Counted from the first letter of the stretch, positions 8,406 to 19,664 are shown. The stretch is DNA of 32,000 nucleotides from Desulfocapsa sulfexigens DSM 10523 (GCF_000341395.1 NC_020304.1:780001-812000), one strand, 5' to 3'. Made by a program: numbers and translations. The notes: a model not told the origin generated them from the sequence alone.

Positions 8406-9677
8406 CTATTTCTCCACAAATTCAGGAATACTTTCACCCTGAATCAATGATTCCATACTTTCGCGCTCGCGTATAATTCTAAACTGATCTCCGGAAACCA
8501 TCACTTCTGCAACACGAGGCCTGGAATTATAATTAGATGCCATGGTAAAACCATAGGCACCAGCGCTGAAAACCGCCAGCAGGTCGCCCTGCTCGACATG
8601 TGGTAACCTGATATCCTTTCCAAGAAAATCACCAGTCTCACAGATAGGACCAACGACATCAGCAACCTGAACGAGATCGACATCTTCCTTAACTGGTTCA
8701 ATACGATGATACGCACCATACAGGCTGGGACGGGTGAGATCGTTCATCCCGGCATCGACCACCACGAAATGCTTCTCTTCTGCACCACCTCTGTTGCTTT
8801 TGGTGTACTGAACTTCAGTAACCAGAATCCCGGCATTCCCGACAATAACCCGACCCGGCTCAAGTATCAGAGTGGCCGATAAACCATCCAGCTCTTCCTT
8901 GATGGCACTTGCGTACTCTTTAGGATGGGGTGGTTCTTCATCATCATAAGTGATGCCCACCCCGCCACCAAGATCGATGTACTGTATAGTAATTTCATTT
9001 TCAGCCAGGCGTCCGACAAAGGCTTTAAGCTTTCGCAGAGTTTCAACAAAAGGTGATATAAGGGTCAACTGAGAACCAATGTGACAGCTCACGCCCTTCA
9101 CCTCAATATGTTCCATTGCCTCAGCTTGCAGATACAGATCAAGTGCCTCATGAATGGGAATACCGAACTTGTTCTTAGCCAGACCCGTGGAAATGTACGC
9201 ATGGGTTTTGGGATCAACATCAGGATTCACCCGAAAGGAGACGGGAGCCTTCACGCCCATATCTGCAGCCACTGTGTTTAGACGATGCAGCTCCTGTTCT
9301 GATTCAACATTAAAAAAGAGGATATTGGATTGCAGACCGTAACGCAGTTCGCTTTCAGTCTTCCCTACACCCGAATAGATTATCTTCCCAGGATCGATAC
9401 CAGCCTGCAGAGCACGAAACAACTCTCCACCGGAAACAATATCCGCACCACCGCCAAGGCCTCCAAAAAGCGACAAAATGGCAATATTCGAACAACTCTT
9501 CACCGCAAAACAGGTAATATGGTCTATCCCTTCAAATCCTGAGTCAAAGGCCTGAAAATGCCGGGTCAGAGTCGCTTTTGAGTAGAGATAGAAAGGCGTC
9601 CCTACTTCTTTTGCAATATCGCTGACAGCAAGATCTTCACAGAAGAGCTCACCGTTTTTATATTCAAAATGATTCAT
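8406..9677 (-). CDS. lysA: Diaminopimelate decarboxylase
   Basis: PLP-dependent group III decarboxylase motifs: FAVKSCSNIAIL, SCHIGSQL, LDLGGGVGI-like (YIDLGGGVGIT), GPICETGDFLGKD. Confidence 0.95.
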   Translation of the reverse strand: MNHFEYKNGELFCEDLAVSDIAKEVGTPFYLYSKATLTRHFQAFDSGFEGIDHITCFAVKSCSNIAILSLFGGLGGGADIVSGGELFRALQAGIDPGKIIYSGVGKTESELRYGLQSNILFFNVESEQELHRLNTVAADMGVKAPVSFRVNPDVDPKTHAYISTGLAKNKFGIPIHEALDLYLQAEAMEHIEVKGVSCHIGSQLTLISPFVETLRKLKAFVGRLAENEITIQYIDLGGGVGITYDDEEPPHPKEYASAIKEELDGLSATLILEPGRVIVGNAGILVTEVQYTKSNRGGAEEKHFVVVDAGMNDLTRPSLYGAYHRIEPVKEDVDLVQVADVVGPICETGDFLGKDIRLPHVEQGDLLAVFSAGAYGFTMASNYNSRPRVAEVMVSGDQFRIIRERESMESLIQGESIPEFVEK

Positions 9678-9715
9678 GGTTCTTTGTAAGACTATCTCGT
9701 GATAACTGAAAAATA

Positions 9716-10771
9716 TTAATGACGTATGCTGGCCTCACGAGATTGTTCACTCTCGTTTGGAGTTTCCGCCTTGTCGTAAGCGGTGACAGAATAAAAGTAA
9801 TTTCCATCAGCGGCTACATTCACGTCCTCAAAAATGGAGTAGACACCACTCACATCACCAATCACCCTGGCTGTTTTTTCATCCGCACTGCGTCGATATA
9901 CCTTATATCCCTTCACATCTGCATCCTGGGACTTGTCCCAGAAAATCTTAATACCACCACCGGTCTGCACTGCCGTTATTCCGGTGGGAGCCGCGGGGGG
10001 AGTCTGATCTATGGCAGTAGCTGCCACTGACCCTGAAAGACCTCCACTTACGGCAACTCCATCAACCATAAGGAGCGACTGAACCTTATAATAAAAGGTT
10101 TCCCCATTTTTCAGTGATTTATCAACAAACCGAGTAGCTTTTACAGGTTCACCAATGCTTTCAAAGCCTGCATTATCCCTGCTACGCTGCACCTGATAGA
10201 GCAGCGGATAACTGACCTTCTCTTCATCCATAAGCTGCGTCACGGTCTGCCAGCTGACAACAACACTGGAATCAACCCCTTTTGCCGTCACACCTTCCGG
10301 AGCTTTGGCTGGAATATGCCACACAAAAGAGACGATATTAGAGTCTGGACTCGCCGCCCACCAACTTGTTCTGGCATTGACCTTGAAAAAGTATTTATGT
10401 CCAGAACGCAGCAGTGAAGTCTCATATGTACCCTGCCGTGTTTTTTCCGGATCAACCACCCCACCCGGAACCTGTATGGCTTCATTAAAGGGAATCGGGC
10501 ATGTGGGACAATAATCTTTCAGTGGAACAACTGCCCTGTACACATCGAAGGTAGCAATGTCGGTAAGGTCAGTCCCTCTAATCGTCTCCTTAGGAAAGCT
10601 CCAGTTCAGGATTACCCCTTTTTCACTCACTGAATACCGTAAATCTTCAATGGCCTTGGGAACAATGGAATCAGGAGGAACGGGTTCAGTCTTATACCCA
10701 CAACCGCCTGCCAGAAACAGTGTTCCAGTAAGAAGAATTGCCCCTGCAAACTGTGCTTTTCTCAACATCAT
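9716..10771 (-). CDS. Lipoprotein with fibronectin type III-like repeats
   Basis: Lipobox TLFLAGGC, then repeated P..P..(V/I)........G..(L/V)..W.......V..Y.VYR segments. Confidence 0.8.
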   Translation of the reverse strand: MMLRKAQFAGAILLTGTLFLAGGCGYKTEPVPPDSIVPKAIEDLRYSVSEKGVILNWSFPKETIRGTDLTDIATFDVYRAVVPLKDYCPTCPIPFNEAIQVPGGVVDPEKTRQGTYETSLLRSGHKYFFKVNARTSWWAASPDSNIVSFVWHIPAKAPEGVTAKGVDSSVVVSWQTVTQLMDEEKVSYPLLYQVQRSRDNAGFESIGEPVKATRFVDKSLKNGETFYYKVQSLLMVDGVAVSGGLSGSVAATAIDQTPPAAPTGITAVQTGGGIKIFWDKSQDADVKGYKVYRRSADEKTARVIGDVSGVYSIFEDVNVAADGNYFYSVTAYDKAETPNESEQSREASIRH

Positions 10772-12174
10772 TACTCTCCAATTCCCATTTGTTTTTCAGC
10801 AGCTTGCACTGCTTCTTCAACCCGCAGTGTTGCGGTTCCTCCGGTCGAGACTCTGGAGTTCACAGAACCTTCAACACTCAACACATCAAAAACATCCTCA
10901 TCAATGACAGGAGAAAAGTCCCGCATCTCCGAGAGAGTCAAATCGGTCAATTCACAGCCCTTTTCTATACAGGTGGCTACTGCCCGCCCCACGATGCCGT
11001 GTGCCTCACGAAAGGGCACATCATGGAGGACAAGATAATCGGCGAGATCCGTGGCCGTCATAAATCCCGTCCGGGTTGCCTCCCGCATGCGCCTGGTATT
11101 GAACTCCAGGTTCCCGAGCATTTCAGCCATAATGGCAAGTGAGGCAGATACGGTATCCACCGCATCAAAAACAGGTTCTTTGTCCTCCTGAAGATCCCGG
11201 TTATACGTCAACGGCAAACCTTTCATCAGGGTAATAAGGGACATAAGACTGCCCACCACTCTGCCGGACTTACCACGGATCAGTTCAGGGATATCTGGAT
11301 TCTTTTTCTGTGGCATAATGGAAGAGCCGGTGCAGAACTTATCTGCAATACTGACAAAAGAAAATTCCTGGCTAGACCAGAGCACCAACTCTTCTGAGAG
11401 TCGTGAGAGGTGAAGCTGGATCATGGTACAACAGGAGACAAATTCAATGGCAAAATCACGATCCCCGGAAGTGTCCATGGAATTGGCCGTCACCCTGTCA
11501 AAACCAAGGAGCCCGGCAACCATTTCCCTGTCAATGGGGAGACCTGTTCCAGCCATGGCCGCCGCGCCAAGGGGCAGAACATTAATCCGCTTCCTGCAAT
11601 CTGCAATGCGCTCACTATCACGGCCGAACATTTCATAATAGGCCATCATGTGATGGGCAATCAGTACCGGTTGTGCCCGTTGCATATGGGTATAGCCAGG
11701 CATCACCTGTCCCATGTATCTCCTGGCAAGCCCCACAAATGCTCTGCGTATATTCTCAAGCAGTACAACAAAACGGTCACACTGATCACGAAGATAAAGA
11801 CGAAGATCGAGTGCTATCTGATCATTGCGGCTCCGGGCACTGTGCAGTTTGGCTCCGGCCGGACCAATTGCATCGATAAGCGCCTTTTCAATATTCATAT
11901 GAATATCTTCAAGCTCACTCTTGAAGGAAAATTCCCCATTATCAATAGCTGTTTCAATATCGGACAGGCCATCGATGATAGCGCTCAACTCTTCTGCCGT
12001 GAGCAGGTCATTGGCTGCCAGCATGGTAGCATGGGCTTTGCTGCCCATAATATCATACGAATACAGACGCCTGTCGTAGCTGATCGATTCGGTAAAGGCT
12101 TCCACCGAGGCCGCGGTAGCCCCTTCAAACCGTCCGCCCCAGAGCTTTTGAGATGTATTTTTTTTCACGTTCAA
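10771..12174 (-). CDS. argH: Argininosuccinate lyase
   Basis: LWGGRFEG, SRNDQIALDLRLYL, TGSSIMPQKKNPD. 1-nt overlap with the lipoprotein start. Confidence 0.97.
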   Translation of the reverse strand: MNVKKNTSQKLWGGRFEGATAASVEAFTESISYDRRLYSYDIMGSKAHATMLAANDLLTAEELSAIIDGLSDIETAIDNGEFSFKSELEDIHMNIEKALIDAIGPAGAKLHSARSRNDQIALDLRLYLRDQCDRFVVLLENIRRAFVGLARRYMGQVMPGYTHMQRAQPVLIAHHMMAYYEMFGRDSERIADCRKRINVLPLGAAAMAGTGLPIDREMVAGLLGFDRVTANSMDTSGDRDFAIEFVSCCTMIQLHLSRLSEELVLWSSQEFSFVSIADKFCTGSSIMPQKKNPDIPELIRGKSGRVVGSLMSLITLMKGLPLTYNRDLQEDKEPVFDAVDTVSASLAIMAEMLGNLEFNTRRMREATRTGFMTATDLADYLVLHDVPFREAHGIVGRAVATCIEKGCELTDLTLSEMRDFSPVIDEDVFDVLSVEGSVNSRVSTGGTATLRVEEAVQAAEKQMGIGE

Positions 12175-12181
12175 CTATCCA

Positions 12182-13378
12182 CTACTTCTTTTGCATGGCT
12201 ATGATCTGCAAGCGCAAACCGTTGAGACGGATAAAGCCACCGGCATCGGCCTGATTGTAAACAGTATCCTCTTCAAATGTGGCAAAACTTTCCTGATACA
12301 GTGAGTAATCCGATTTCTTTCCAACTGAGACACAATTCCCCTTGTACAGTTTCATCCGCACTGTGCCGTTCACCGTTTTCTGACTCTCATCCATGGTCAC
12401 CTGGAGCAGTTCCCGCTCGGGGGAAAACCAGAAACCATTATAGACAAGCTCTGCGTAGCGTGGAACCAGAGAATCCCTGATTCGCATCACTTCCCTGTCC
12501 ATACACATGGTTTCCAGGTCACGATGTGCGTTGCGAAGCAGGGTACCACCGGGAGTTTCATAGACGCCGCGGGACTTCATACCCACAAAACGGTTTTCAA
12601 GGAGATCAAGACGACCGACACCATTGGCACCGGCAACCTTATTCAGGGCCGTGAGGAGGGGCAGGGGATCCATGCGTTCGCCATTAATGGCAACGGGATT
12701 CCCTTTCTCAAAATCAATCTCAACATAGGTCGGCTTATCCGGTGCATTTTCAGGGGAGACGGTAAGCTTGTACATATCCTCATCGGGCTCGTTCCATGGA
12801 TCTTCCAGAAGTCCGCCTTCAAAACTGATGTGAAGAATGTTCTCATCGGAGCTGTAGGGGTTCTTCTTGGTAGTGGGTACCGGAATATTGTGTTTTTTGG
12901 CAAACTCCTCAAGCTTGGCCCGGGAGTTCAAATCCCAGATACGCCAGGGGGCAATAATCTTTAAACTTGGATCAATTCCGAGATAGGAAAGTTCAAAACG
13001 AACCTGATCATTTCCTTTGCCGGTGGCACCATGACTCACGGCATCCGCACCTTCAGCATGGGCTATGCGTACCTGCTCTTTTCCGATAATAGGACGGGCA
13101 AGGGATGTTCCAAGAAGATAGGATCCCTCATAGATCGCATTGCAACGAAAAGCCGGAAAGATATAATCTTCAACAAACTCCTGACGGAGATCGGAAATAA
13201 TAACTTTTTCGGCCCCGGTAGCCATTCCTTTTTTGCGAATTGCGTCCCAGTCCTCCGTCTGACCAACATCGGCAGCATAAGCGATAACAGGACACTCATA
13301 TTCTTCTTCCAACCATTTCAAAATGACTGAAGTGTCCAATCCGCCAGAATAGGCCAGTACGATTTTTTTAACGTCCAT
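12182..13378 (-). CDS. argG: Argininosuccinate synthase
   Basis: [32 protein letters not shown]. Confidence 0.97.
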   Translation of the reverse strand: MDVKKIVLAYSGGLDTSVILKWLEEEYECPVIAYAADVGQTEDWDAIRKKGMATGAEKVIISDLRQEFVEDYIFPAFRCNAIYEGSYLLGTSLARPIIGKEQVRIAHAEGADAVSHGATGKGNDQVRFELSYLGIDPSLKIIAPWRIWDLNSRAKLEEFAKKHNIPVPTTKKNPYSSDENILHISFEGGLLEDPWNEPDEDMYKLTVSPENAPDKPTYVEIDFEKGNPVAINGERMDPLPLLTALNKVAGANGVGRLDLLENRFVGMKSRGVYETPGGTLLRNAHRDLETMCMDREVMRIRDSLVPRYAELVYNGFWFSPERELLQVTMDESQKTVNGTVRMKLYKGNCVSVGKKSDYSLYQESFATFEEDTVYNQADAGGFIRLNGLRLQIIAMQKK

Positions 13379-13551
13379 TATATTTTTCTACCTCTCCCGC
13401 AACATCAAGCCACGGAAATTGTTTTTCTTTTATTACAATTCGCTAACCCAAGTAAGTGATCAGGGTGCCGTAGATTAGTACAGGCATGATCAGCCGCAAT
13501 AGTCTCCTCTATGCGGACGATTGTGACCGTACGAATATGCGGTGCTCCTGG

Positions 13552-14469
13552 TCATTTACAACCAATAAGCAGCTCCAGAATGGCTTTGTGCATATGCATC
13601 TTGTTCTCTGCCTGATCAAAAGCCACACACTGCTCCGACTCGAGCACTTCTTCAGTAATCTCTTCTTCACGATGGGCTGGTAGACAGTGCAAAACAACAG
13701 CATTGGCAGGAGCTTTGGCCATAAGGGCCGAGTTAATCTGCAATGGCTGGAAAATAGCGAGGCGCTCTTCCGCCTCCTCTTCCTGCCCCATGGAGGCCCA
13801 AACGTCGGTATTAATCACATCGGCCTGTGCCACCGCCTCTTCCGGACTACGGGTGACAGTAATTGGCTTTACTGCCTCCTTCTGTGCAGCTGCCATTATT
13901 TCAGGATCAGGGTCATAGCCTTCGGGGCAGGCCAGAATCAGCTCAAACCCGATACGACTTGCAGCCTGTATCCAGGAGTTGGCCATATTGTTACCATCAC
14001 CTATCCAGGCAATTTTCAACTTTTCAATATTCCCTTTTTTCTCTACAACAGTCATGATATCGCTGAGAATCTGACAGGGATGGTGAAGATCGGTGAGAGC
14101 ATTTACAACTGGTACGGAAGAGTATTCAGCGAGTTCTGTTACCACTTCCTGACCAAAAGTCCGTACAACTATTCCGTCCACATAACGGGCCATGACTCTG
14201 GCCATATCCTTTAAAGGTTCAGAACGAGCAAGCTGGGTATCACGACCGGAAAGAAAAATAACCTGCCCGCCAAGACCATACATAGCCGACTCAAAAGAGA
14301 CCCGGGTCCTGGTAGAAGGTTTTTCAAAAATCAACCCAACCGTCTTTCCTGCCAACTGTCGATGAGTGACCCCGGCAAGACGTTCTTCTTTAAGCTGAAT
14401 AGCGCGATTAATAAAACCAAGGAGTTCTTCTTTACTAAAATCTTGCAGTGACTGTAAGTGGCTTACCAT
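13552..14469 (-). CDS. argF: Ornithine carbamoyltransferase
   Basis: FEKPSTRTRVSFE, LTDLHHPCQ, HCLPAHREEEI. Confidence 0.96.
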   Translation of the reverse strand: MVSHLQSLQDFSKEELLGFINRAIQLKEERLAGVTHRQLAGKTVGLIFEKPSTRTRVSFESAMYGLGGQVIFLSGRDTQLARSEPLKDMARVMARYVDGIVVRTFGQEVVTELAEYSSVPVVNALTDLHHPCQILSDIMTVVEKKGNIEKLKIAWIGDGNNMANSWIQAASRIGFELILACPEGYDPDPEIMAAAQKEAVKPITVTRSPEEAVAQADVINTDVWASMGQEEEAEERLAIFQPLQINSALMAKAPANAVVLHCLPAHREEEITEEVLESEQCVAFDQAENKMHMHKAILELLIGCK

Positions 14470-14618
14470 GACTCGTATCTTCTATGAACAGACCTATCTT
14501 TTTCAAGACAAGATCTCTTAATCTATATCCCCGAGCCCAATCGCTTTATTATAGGGGAAAGAAAGCATATTTACCCAAAAAAAGATCGATTTGCAAAGAT
14601 TTTCGTGAAAAGAGCCAC

Positions 14619-15824
14619 TCAGACCTTACATTCTCCCAAAACTTCACCCAAGGCCGTTAATAACTGATCAAGCTCAGTCCTGGTTATAATGAGGGGAGGC
14701 AGAAAACGAAGCGCCTTGTTTCCAGCAAAGTTGATAAGCACCCCCCTTTCAAAGAGTGCTTTCACTATTGCGCCTCCCTGTTCGATTCCTTTTTCAGTGA
14801 GAACAAGCCCCCGGATCAACCCCATTCCCCGCGCTCCACTTGCGAGCAGCGGGAAGCGTCCAGCCAGATCCTCAAGTCCCTTCTGCAGATAGTCGCCCTT
14901 CTCCCTGACCTCTGCCAGAAAGCCCTCTTCCAGCATAATCTTCAGAGTAGCCACGGCTCCTGCTGCTACCACCGGGTTACCCCCGAAGGTGGTACCATGA
15001 GTTCCCGGGGCCAGTGAAGCAGCAATTTCTTTTCGGGTGAGCATGGCACCGATGGGCAGGCCATTACCAAGGGCCTTGGCTACGGTCATGATATCCGGCA
15101 CAATGCCCAATTGCTCATAGGCAAAAAGGCTTCCGGTTCGTCCCATCCCAGTCTGTATTTCATCAAAAATCAGGAGCAAGTCATGCTTCCTGCACAAATC
15201 CTGCAGCCCTTTCAGGTACTCCACATCCAGTGGCCTTACACCACCTTCCCCCTGCAGAGGTTCACACATGATCGCACAGGTCTGGTCGGTTATCATGGCC
15301 TCCAGCACATTCAGGTTCCCAAAAGGGGCGTGAGAAAAGCCTTCGGGCATAGGTTCAAAGCCCTCTTGAAATTTGGGCTGTCCGGTGGCTGCGACCGTGG
15401 CAAGTGTCCTGCCATGAAAAGATCCGGCGAGTGAAATAATTCCGTAGCGTTCATAACCTGCGCAGATTCTTGCAAGCTTGATGGCTGCCTCATTTGCCTC
15501 AGCCCCACTGTTTGCCAGAAAAACCCGATCAGCAAAGGAATTTTCGGTCAGCAACTCAGCCAATTCTGTCTGAGGCTGGGTGTAATAAAGGTTTGAGACA
15601 TGCACCAGCTGTCTTGCCTGTGCACATATGGCCTCGGTCACCACCGGATGACAATGGCCAAGACTGCAAACGGCTATCCCTGCCAGACAATCCAGGTATT
15701 CTTTTCCTTCAGCATCGGTCAGGATACAACCTTCACCCTTTACCATGGTAGCTGGATATCGTGTGTAGGTTCCTATAATCACATCGTCACTTCTCTTGGC
15801 CCAGCCTGCATTTTCTCCACTCAT
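14619..15824 (-). CDS. argD: Acetylornithine/succinyldiaminopimelate aminotransferase family
   Basis: GIAVCSLGHCHP, FANSGAEANEAAIKLAR, FDEIQTGMGRTG, ALGNGLPIGAM, HGTTFGGNPV. Confidence 0.94.
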   Translation of the reverse strand: MSGENAGWAKRSDDVIIGTYTRYPATMVKGEGCILTDAEGKEYLDCLAGIAVCSLGHCHPVVTEAICAQARQLVHVSNLYYTQPQTELAELLTENSFADRVFLANSGAEANEAAIKLARICAGYERYGIISLAGSFHGRTLATVAATGQPKFQEGFEPMPEGFSHAPFGNLNVLEAMITDQTCAIMCEPLQGEGGVRPLDVEYLKGLQDLCRKHDLLLIFDEIQTGMGRTGSLFAYEQLGIVPDIMTVAKALGNGLPIGAMLTRKEIAASLAPGTHGTTFGGNPVVAAGAVATLKIMLEEGFLAEVREKGDYLQKGLEDLAGRFPLLASGARGMGLIRGLVLTEKGIEQGGAIVKALFERGVLINFAGNKALRFLPPLIITRTELDQLLTALGEVLGECKV

Positions 15825-16711
15825 CAGACAATCTCCGTCCCTATCCCTTCCCGGGTAAAGATTTCAAGCAGAATAGCGTGTTCTATCCTGCCATCAATAA
15901 TATGTGTTTTGGTTACACCAGCTTTTAACGCATCACCACAGCATCTCACCTTGGGTATCATTCCACCGCCAATGGTTCCATTGTCAATATAGCTCTCAAG
16001 ATCACTCCGCTTCAATGATTTCAGCAGTGTTCCTTCATTGTCCTGGACACCAGCCACATCGGTGAGCAAAACCAGCTTCGCAGCCTTCAGCTCTGCAGCA
16101 ATGGATCCGGCCACAAGATCTGCATTGATATTAAAGGCCTGTCCATCTTCTCCGACGCCAACGGGCGCAATCACCGGAATAAAATCATTGGTCTCCAGTG
16201 CCTGCAGAATCTCAGGATTAACCCGGGTCACCTGGCCAACCCGTCCCAGATCAATCAACTCAGGAGGAGCATCCTCCAAGGTTCCATCATTTTTCTTACT
16301 CACCTTCATCTTTTCCGCACAGATAAGATCACCGTCACGTCCTGAAAGCCCGACCGCCCGACCACCACAATGGTTTATATTTCCGACAATCTCCTTGTTA
16401 ACCTTCCCCACAAGAACCATCTCAACCACACTCATGGTCTCTCCGTCGGTTACTCGCATTCCCTGAACATAACTGGGCTTTATCTCGAGCCTATCGAGCA
16501 GCCGATTGATCTGAGGCCCGCCACCGTGAACAATCACCGGATTGATACCGATATGCTTCATCAGTATAATATCCAGAGCAAATTGTTTTTTGAGATTTTC
16601 ATCCACCATGGCATGGCCGCCATATTTAATAACCACGGTTTTATGCCTGAACTCCTGCATATAGGGAAGAGATTCAATTAATCCTCTGGCCCGATCAATA
16701 CTTTCCTGCAT
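15824..16711 (-). CDS. argB: Acetylglutamate kinase
   Basis: [36 protein letters not shown]. 1-nt overlap with argD. Confidence 0.96.
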   Translation of the reverse strand: MQESIDRARGLIESLPYMQEFRHKTVVIKYGGHAMVDENLKKQFALDIILMKHIGINPVIVHGGGPQINRLLDRLEIKPSYVQGMRVTDGETMSVVEMVLVGKVNKEIVGNINHCGGRAVGLSGRDGDLICAEKMKVSKKNDGTLEDAPPELIDLGRVGQVTRVNPEILQALETNDFIPVIAPVGVGEDGQAFNINADLVAGSIAAELKAAKLVLLTDVAGVQDNEGTLLKSLKRSDLESYIDNGTIGGGMIPKVRCCGDALKAGVTKTHIIDGRIEHAILLEIFTREGIGTEIV

Positions 16712-16939
16712 ATCCCTTTGTCCTTTTTATAGAAATCTATATTTTCGTTTTAAATCAATTAAGTACATCCATATCGCATACAAGACATTCTCATTCTACT
16801 GATTCATCTGATTGAAGTAAAGAAATCTTTCTTTACCTTTCAGCTCCGGGATTTCTTTACTTTCTCAAGCACCAAGGCTATATTAGGCCTGGTATTTGCA
16901 TTGGACTCTTTCTTACTTTGTTTACCAGGAGACTTTTTT

Positions 16940-17464
16940 GTGAGTAATAATACTATATTTGGCTTCTTTTCAGGACTGGTTCTCTCTCTTATTTTCTTTT
17001 CCAGTCCTCTTCTTGCAGCAAGTGCACCCATCACCATCGAGGCGGATCACATGACCTCTCTGGAGAATGAGAATAATGTCCTCTTCAGCGGAAATGTAGA
17101 TGCAGCGCAGGCCGATGTCCGCATTCGCTCGGATGAGATGACAGTATATTACTCCGCTGCCGAAAAAGAAAAAAAACAAGAAGTCAAACGTCTCCAGTGT
17201 GTTGGCAATGTGGAGATCACTAAAGGAGCATGGCTTGGCACCGGTGAAACAATGAACTACCTGGCAAAGGAGCGCAAGGTAATCCTGAGTGGCAACGCCA
17301 AGGCATGGCAGGGTACCAACCTGGTGACTGGAAACACTATTATTTACTATCTCGATGAAGGGAGATCCGAGGTTGTCGGCAGTCGCCCCTCGGCCACAGT
17401 TGGCAGTGACTCCGGTGAAGCAAACAAACCTGGCCGGGTAAAAGCAACCCTTACTCCCCAATAA
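16940..17464 (+). CDS. lptA: LptA-like LPS transport periplasmic protein (OstA-like)
   Basis: Signal peptide, then ITIEADHMTSLENENNVLFSGNVDAAQADVRIRSDEM. Likely GTG start at 16940 with AGGAG at 16927-16931, in frame with the track start at 16901. Immediately upstream of lptB. Confidence 0.85.
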   Translation: MSNNTIFGFFSGLVLSLIFFSSPLLAASAPITIEADHMTSLENENNVLFSGNVDAAQADVRIRSDEMTVYYSAAEKEKKQEVKRLQCVGNVEITKGAWLGTGETMNYLAKERKVILSGNAKAWQGTNLVTGNTIIYYLDEGRSEVVGSRPSATVGSDSGEANKPGRVKATLTPQ

Positions 17465-17469
17465 CTATT

Positions 17470-18192
17470 ATGGCACTGCTGGAAGTTGATAAAATAATCA
17501 AACGTTACCGTGCTCGCACCGTGGTTGACGGAGTAAGTCTCCAGGTGAACACTGGTGTTATCGTCGGTCTTTTAGGCCCGAACGGTGCTGGCAAGACCAC
17601 TTCATTCTATTCAATTGCCGGATTTATCCGTCCCGATGAGGGGCATGTTCTGCTCAATGGTGAAGATATCACCAAGTTCCCCATTCATTTGCGAGCTCAA
17701 AAGGGCATCTCCTACCTTGCTCAGGAACCCTCGGTTTTTAAAAAACTGACAGTTGAAGAGAACGTCCGCATCATCCTCGAGCCTCTTGGACTGTCAAAAA
17801 ACGAGATAAACAACCGCATCGATGAACTTATGGCAGACCTTAAAATCGAATACCTCCGGGAAAACAAAGGGCACGCCCTGTCCGGAGGTGAGCGACGCCG
17901 GGTTGAGATCATGAGAGCTCTTGCCACACGCCCGAGTTTCATCCTTCTTGACGAACCCTTTGCTGGCATTGACCCTCTTGCCGTGGCAGACATCCAAAAG
18001 CTTATCATTGCATTGAAGGACAAGGGATTAGGGGTTCTGATCTCAGACCACAACGTTCGGGAAACCCTTCAGGTTTGTGATTTTGCCTACATCATGAACG
18101 CAGGACAGATTTTGACCAGTGGCGTTGCAGATGATATCATTGAAAGTGAAGTAGCCCGTAAAATGTATCTTGGCGAAAATTTCAGCATGTGA
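17470..18192 (+). CDS. lptB: LPS export ABC transporter ATPase
   Basis: GLLGPNGAGKTTSFYSIAG, YLAQEPSVF, ALSGGERRRVEIMRAL, LLDEPFAGIDP. Confidence 0.95.
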   Translation: MALLEVDKIIKRYRARTVVDGVSLQVNTGVIVGLLGPNGAGKTTSFYSIAGFIRPDEGHVLLNGEDITKFPIHLRAQKGISYLAQEPSVFKKLTVEENVRIILEPLGLSKNEINNRIDELMADLKIEYLRENKGHALSGGERRRVEIMRALATRPSFILLDEPFAGIDPLAVADIQKLIIALKDKGLGVLISDHNVRETLQVCDFAYIMNAGQILTSGVADDIIESEVARKMYLGENFSM

Positions 18193-18206
18193 TGTAAACA
18201 ACACCA

Positions 18207-19664
18207 ATGGCCCTCGAACTCAGACAACAGCTCAAGCTATCACAAAAACTGGTAATGACGCCTCAGTTGCGTCTGGCCATTAAACTGCTACAGATGAACC
18301 GGCTGGAGCTTGGCGATGCACTACAGGCCGAGATTGAGCAGAATCCGGGCCTCGAAGAGGATGTCAGCATTCAGGAGCATCGCGAAAACCCGCAAAGCCT
18401 CTCCACAACAACCGAACAGAAAGGAACGGAGAAGGAGCAGGATTATACCGATCAGGTCAGAGCAGAAGACACTATCCCCGAGACAAATTGGGAAGACTAC
18501 GCCAACACCTTTGACAGCAATGTTTCCTTTTCCCACGAGACACCTGCGGCGGATGCTCCCAGCCAGTTTGATTTCATCTCAGAAAAACCGGGCCTCCTCG
18601 CCTATCTGCAGTGGCAGCTCGCCCACGCCGAACTCGAACCTGAAGAATGGGATACTGCTCTTTTTATTGCCGGTAACCTTAACCGTTACGGATTTCTCGA
18701 ATGTAGTCTTGAAGAGGTCATGGAAGCCACCAAATGTGACCGCGATTCTGCAGAATATATTCTTGAGGTTATTCAGGATCTCGATCCTCCAGGCATTGCC
18801 GCCCGTGACGTCTCCGAGTCACTCTTTCTTCAGTTGGAACGCATGGGAATGAAAGACTCCCTTGCCGCAGAAATCGTTAAAGATCATCTTAACCATCTGC
18901 AGACCCGCAATTACAAGGCCATCAGCCAGGCAACGGGCCGCAAACGTAATGAAGTAATCAAGGCTATTGAGTTCATCACCTCCGAGCTCACCCCGTATCC
19001 GGGTCTTCCCTACAGCACCGAAACAACGAACTATGTTGTCCCGGATGTCTATGTTCGAAAAATCGATGGCGAATTTGTTATCCATCTCAACGAAGAGGAT
19101 ATTCCCAACCTGAAACTCTCCTCCCAATTGCAGGAACTGCTGCAGGCCGATGAGGGCACCATCGAAAAGTCATCAAAGGCCTATATCAGGGAGAAGCTTA
19201 AAGATGCCGGATGGTTCATCAAGTCTTTGCATCAGCGCCAGCGTACCATATTCAAGGTAATGGAAAGTATCCTCAAATTCCAGCGCGAGTTTTTCGAACA
19301 TGGAGCAACCCGCCTCAAACCACTCATCCTGCGTGACGTTGCCGAAGATATAGAAATGCACGAGTCCACTATCAGCCGGGTAACATCAAACAAGTATGTG
19401 CACACTCCTCTCGGGATATATGAACTGAAATATTTCTTTTCCACAGCCATTCCACGAGCCGGGGAGGAGTCACTTGCCGCAGAATCAATCCGGGAGCGTA
19501 TCCGGAAAATGATTCAGGACGAAGATCCTCACAAACCCCTCAGTGATAACAGTATTTCTGAAAAACTTGCCGAAAGAAATATCGAAATCGCCCGCCGTAC
19601 CGTTGCAAAATACCGGGAACAGCTGAAGATCCTTCCAGTAAAACATCGTCGCAAACCCAAATAA
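18207..19664 (+). CDS. rpoN: RNA polymerase sigma-54 factor
   Basis: N-terminal LRQQLKLSQKLVMTPQLRLAIKLLQ. C-terminal RpoN box IARRTVAKYREQLKI. Confidence 0.97.
   Translation: MALELRQQLKLSQKLVMTPQLRLAIKLLQMNRLELGDALQAEIEQNPGLEEDVSIQEHRENPQSLSTTTEQKGTEKEQDYTDQVRAEDTIPETNWEDYANTFDSNVSFSHETPAADAPSQFDFISEKPGLLAYLQWQLAHAELEPEEWDTALFIAGNLNRYGFLECSLEEVMEATKCDRDSAEYILEVIQDLDPPGIAARDVSESLFLQLERMGMKDSLAAEIVKDHLNHLQTRNYKAISQATGRKRNEVIKAIEFITSELTPYPGLPYSTETTNYVVPDVYVRKIDGEFVIHLNEEDIPNLKLSSQLQELLQADEGTIEKSSKAYIREKLKDAGWFIKSLHQRQRTIFKVMESILKFQREFFEHGATRLKPLILRDVAEDIEMHESTISRVTSNKYVHTPLGIYELKYFFSTAIPRAGEESLAAESIRERIRKMIQDEDPHKPLSDNSISEKLAERNIEIARRTVAKYREQLKILPVKHRRKPK

Noticed and set aside
11410-12204. 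264-aa plus-strand ORF antisense to argH
   Set aside because: Shadow ORF of argH with no recognisable domain.
13687-14214. 175-aa plus-strand ORF antisense to argF
   Set aside because: Shadow ORF over argF. Other long antisense ORFs over argG, argD, argB and lysA were rejected for the same reason.
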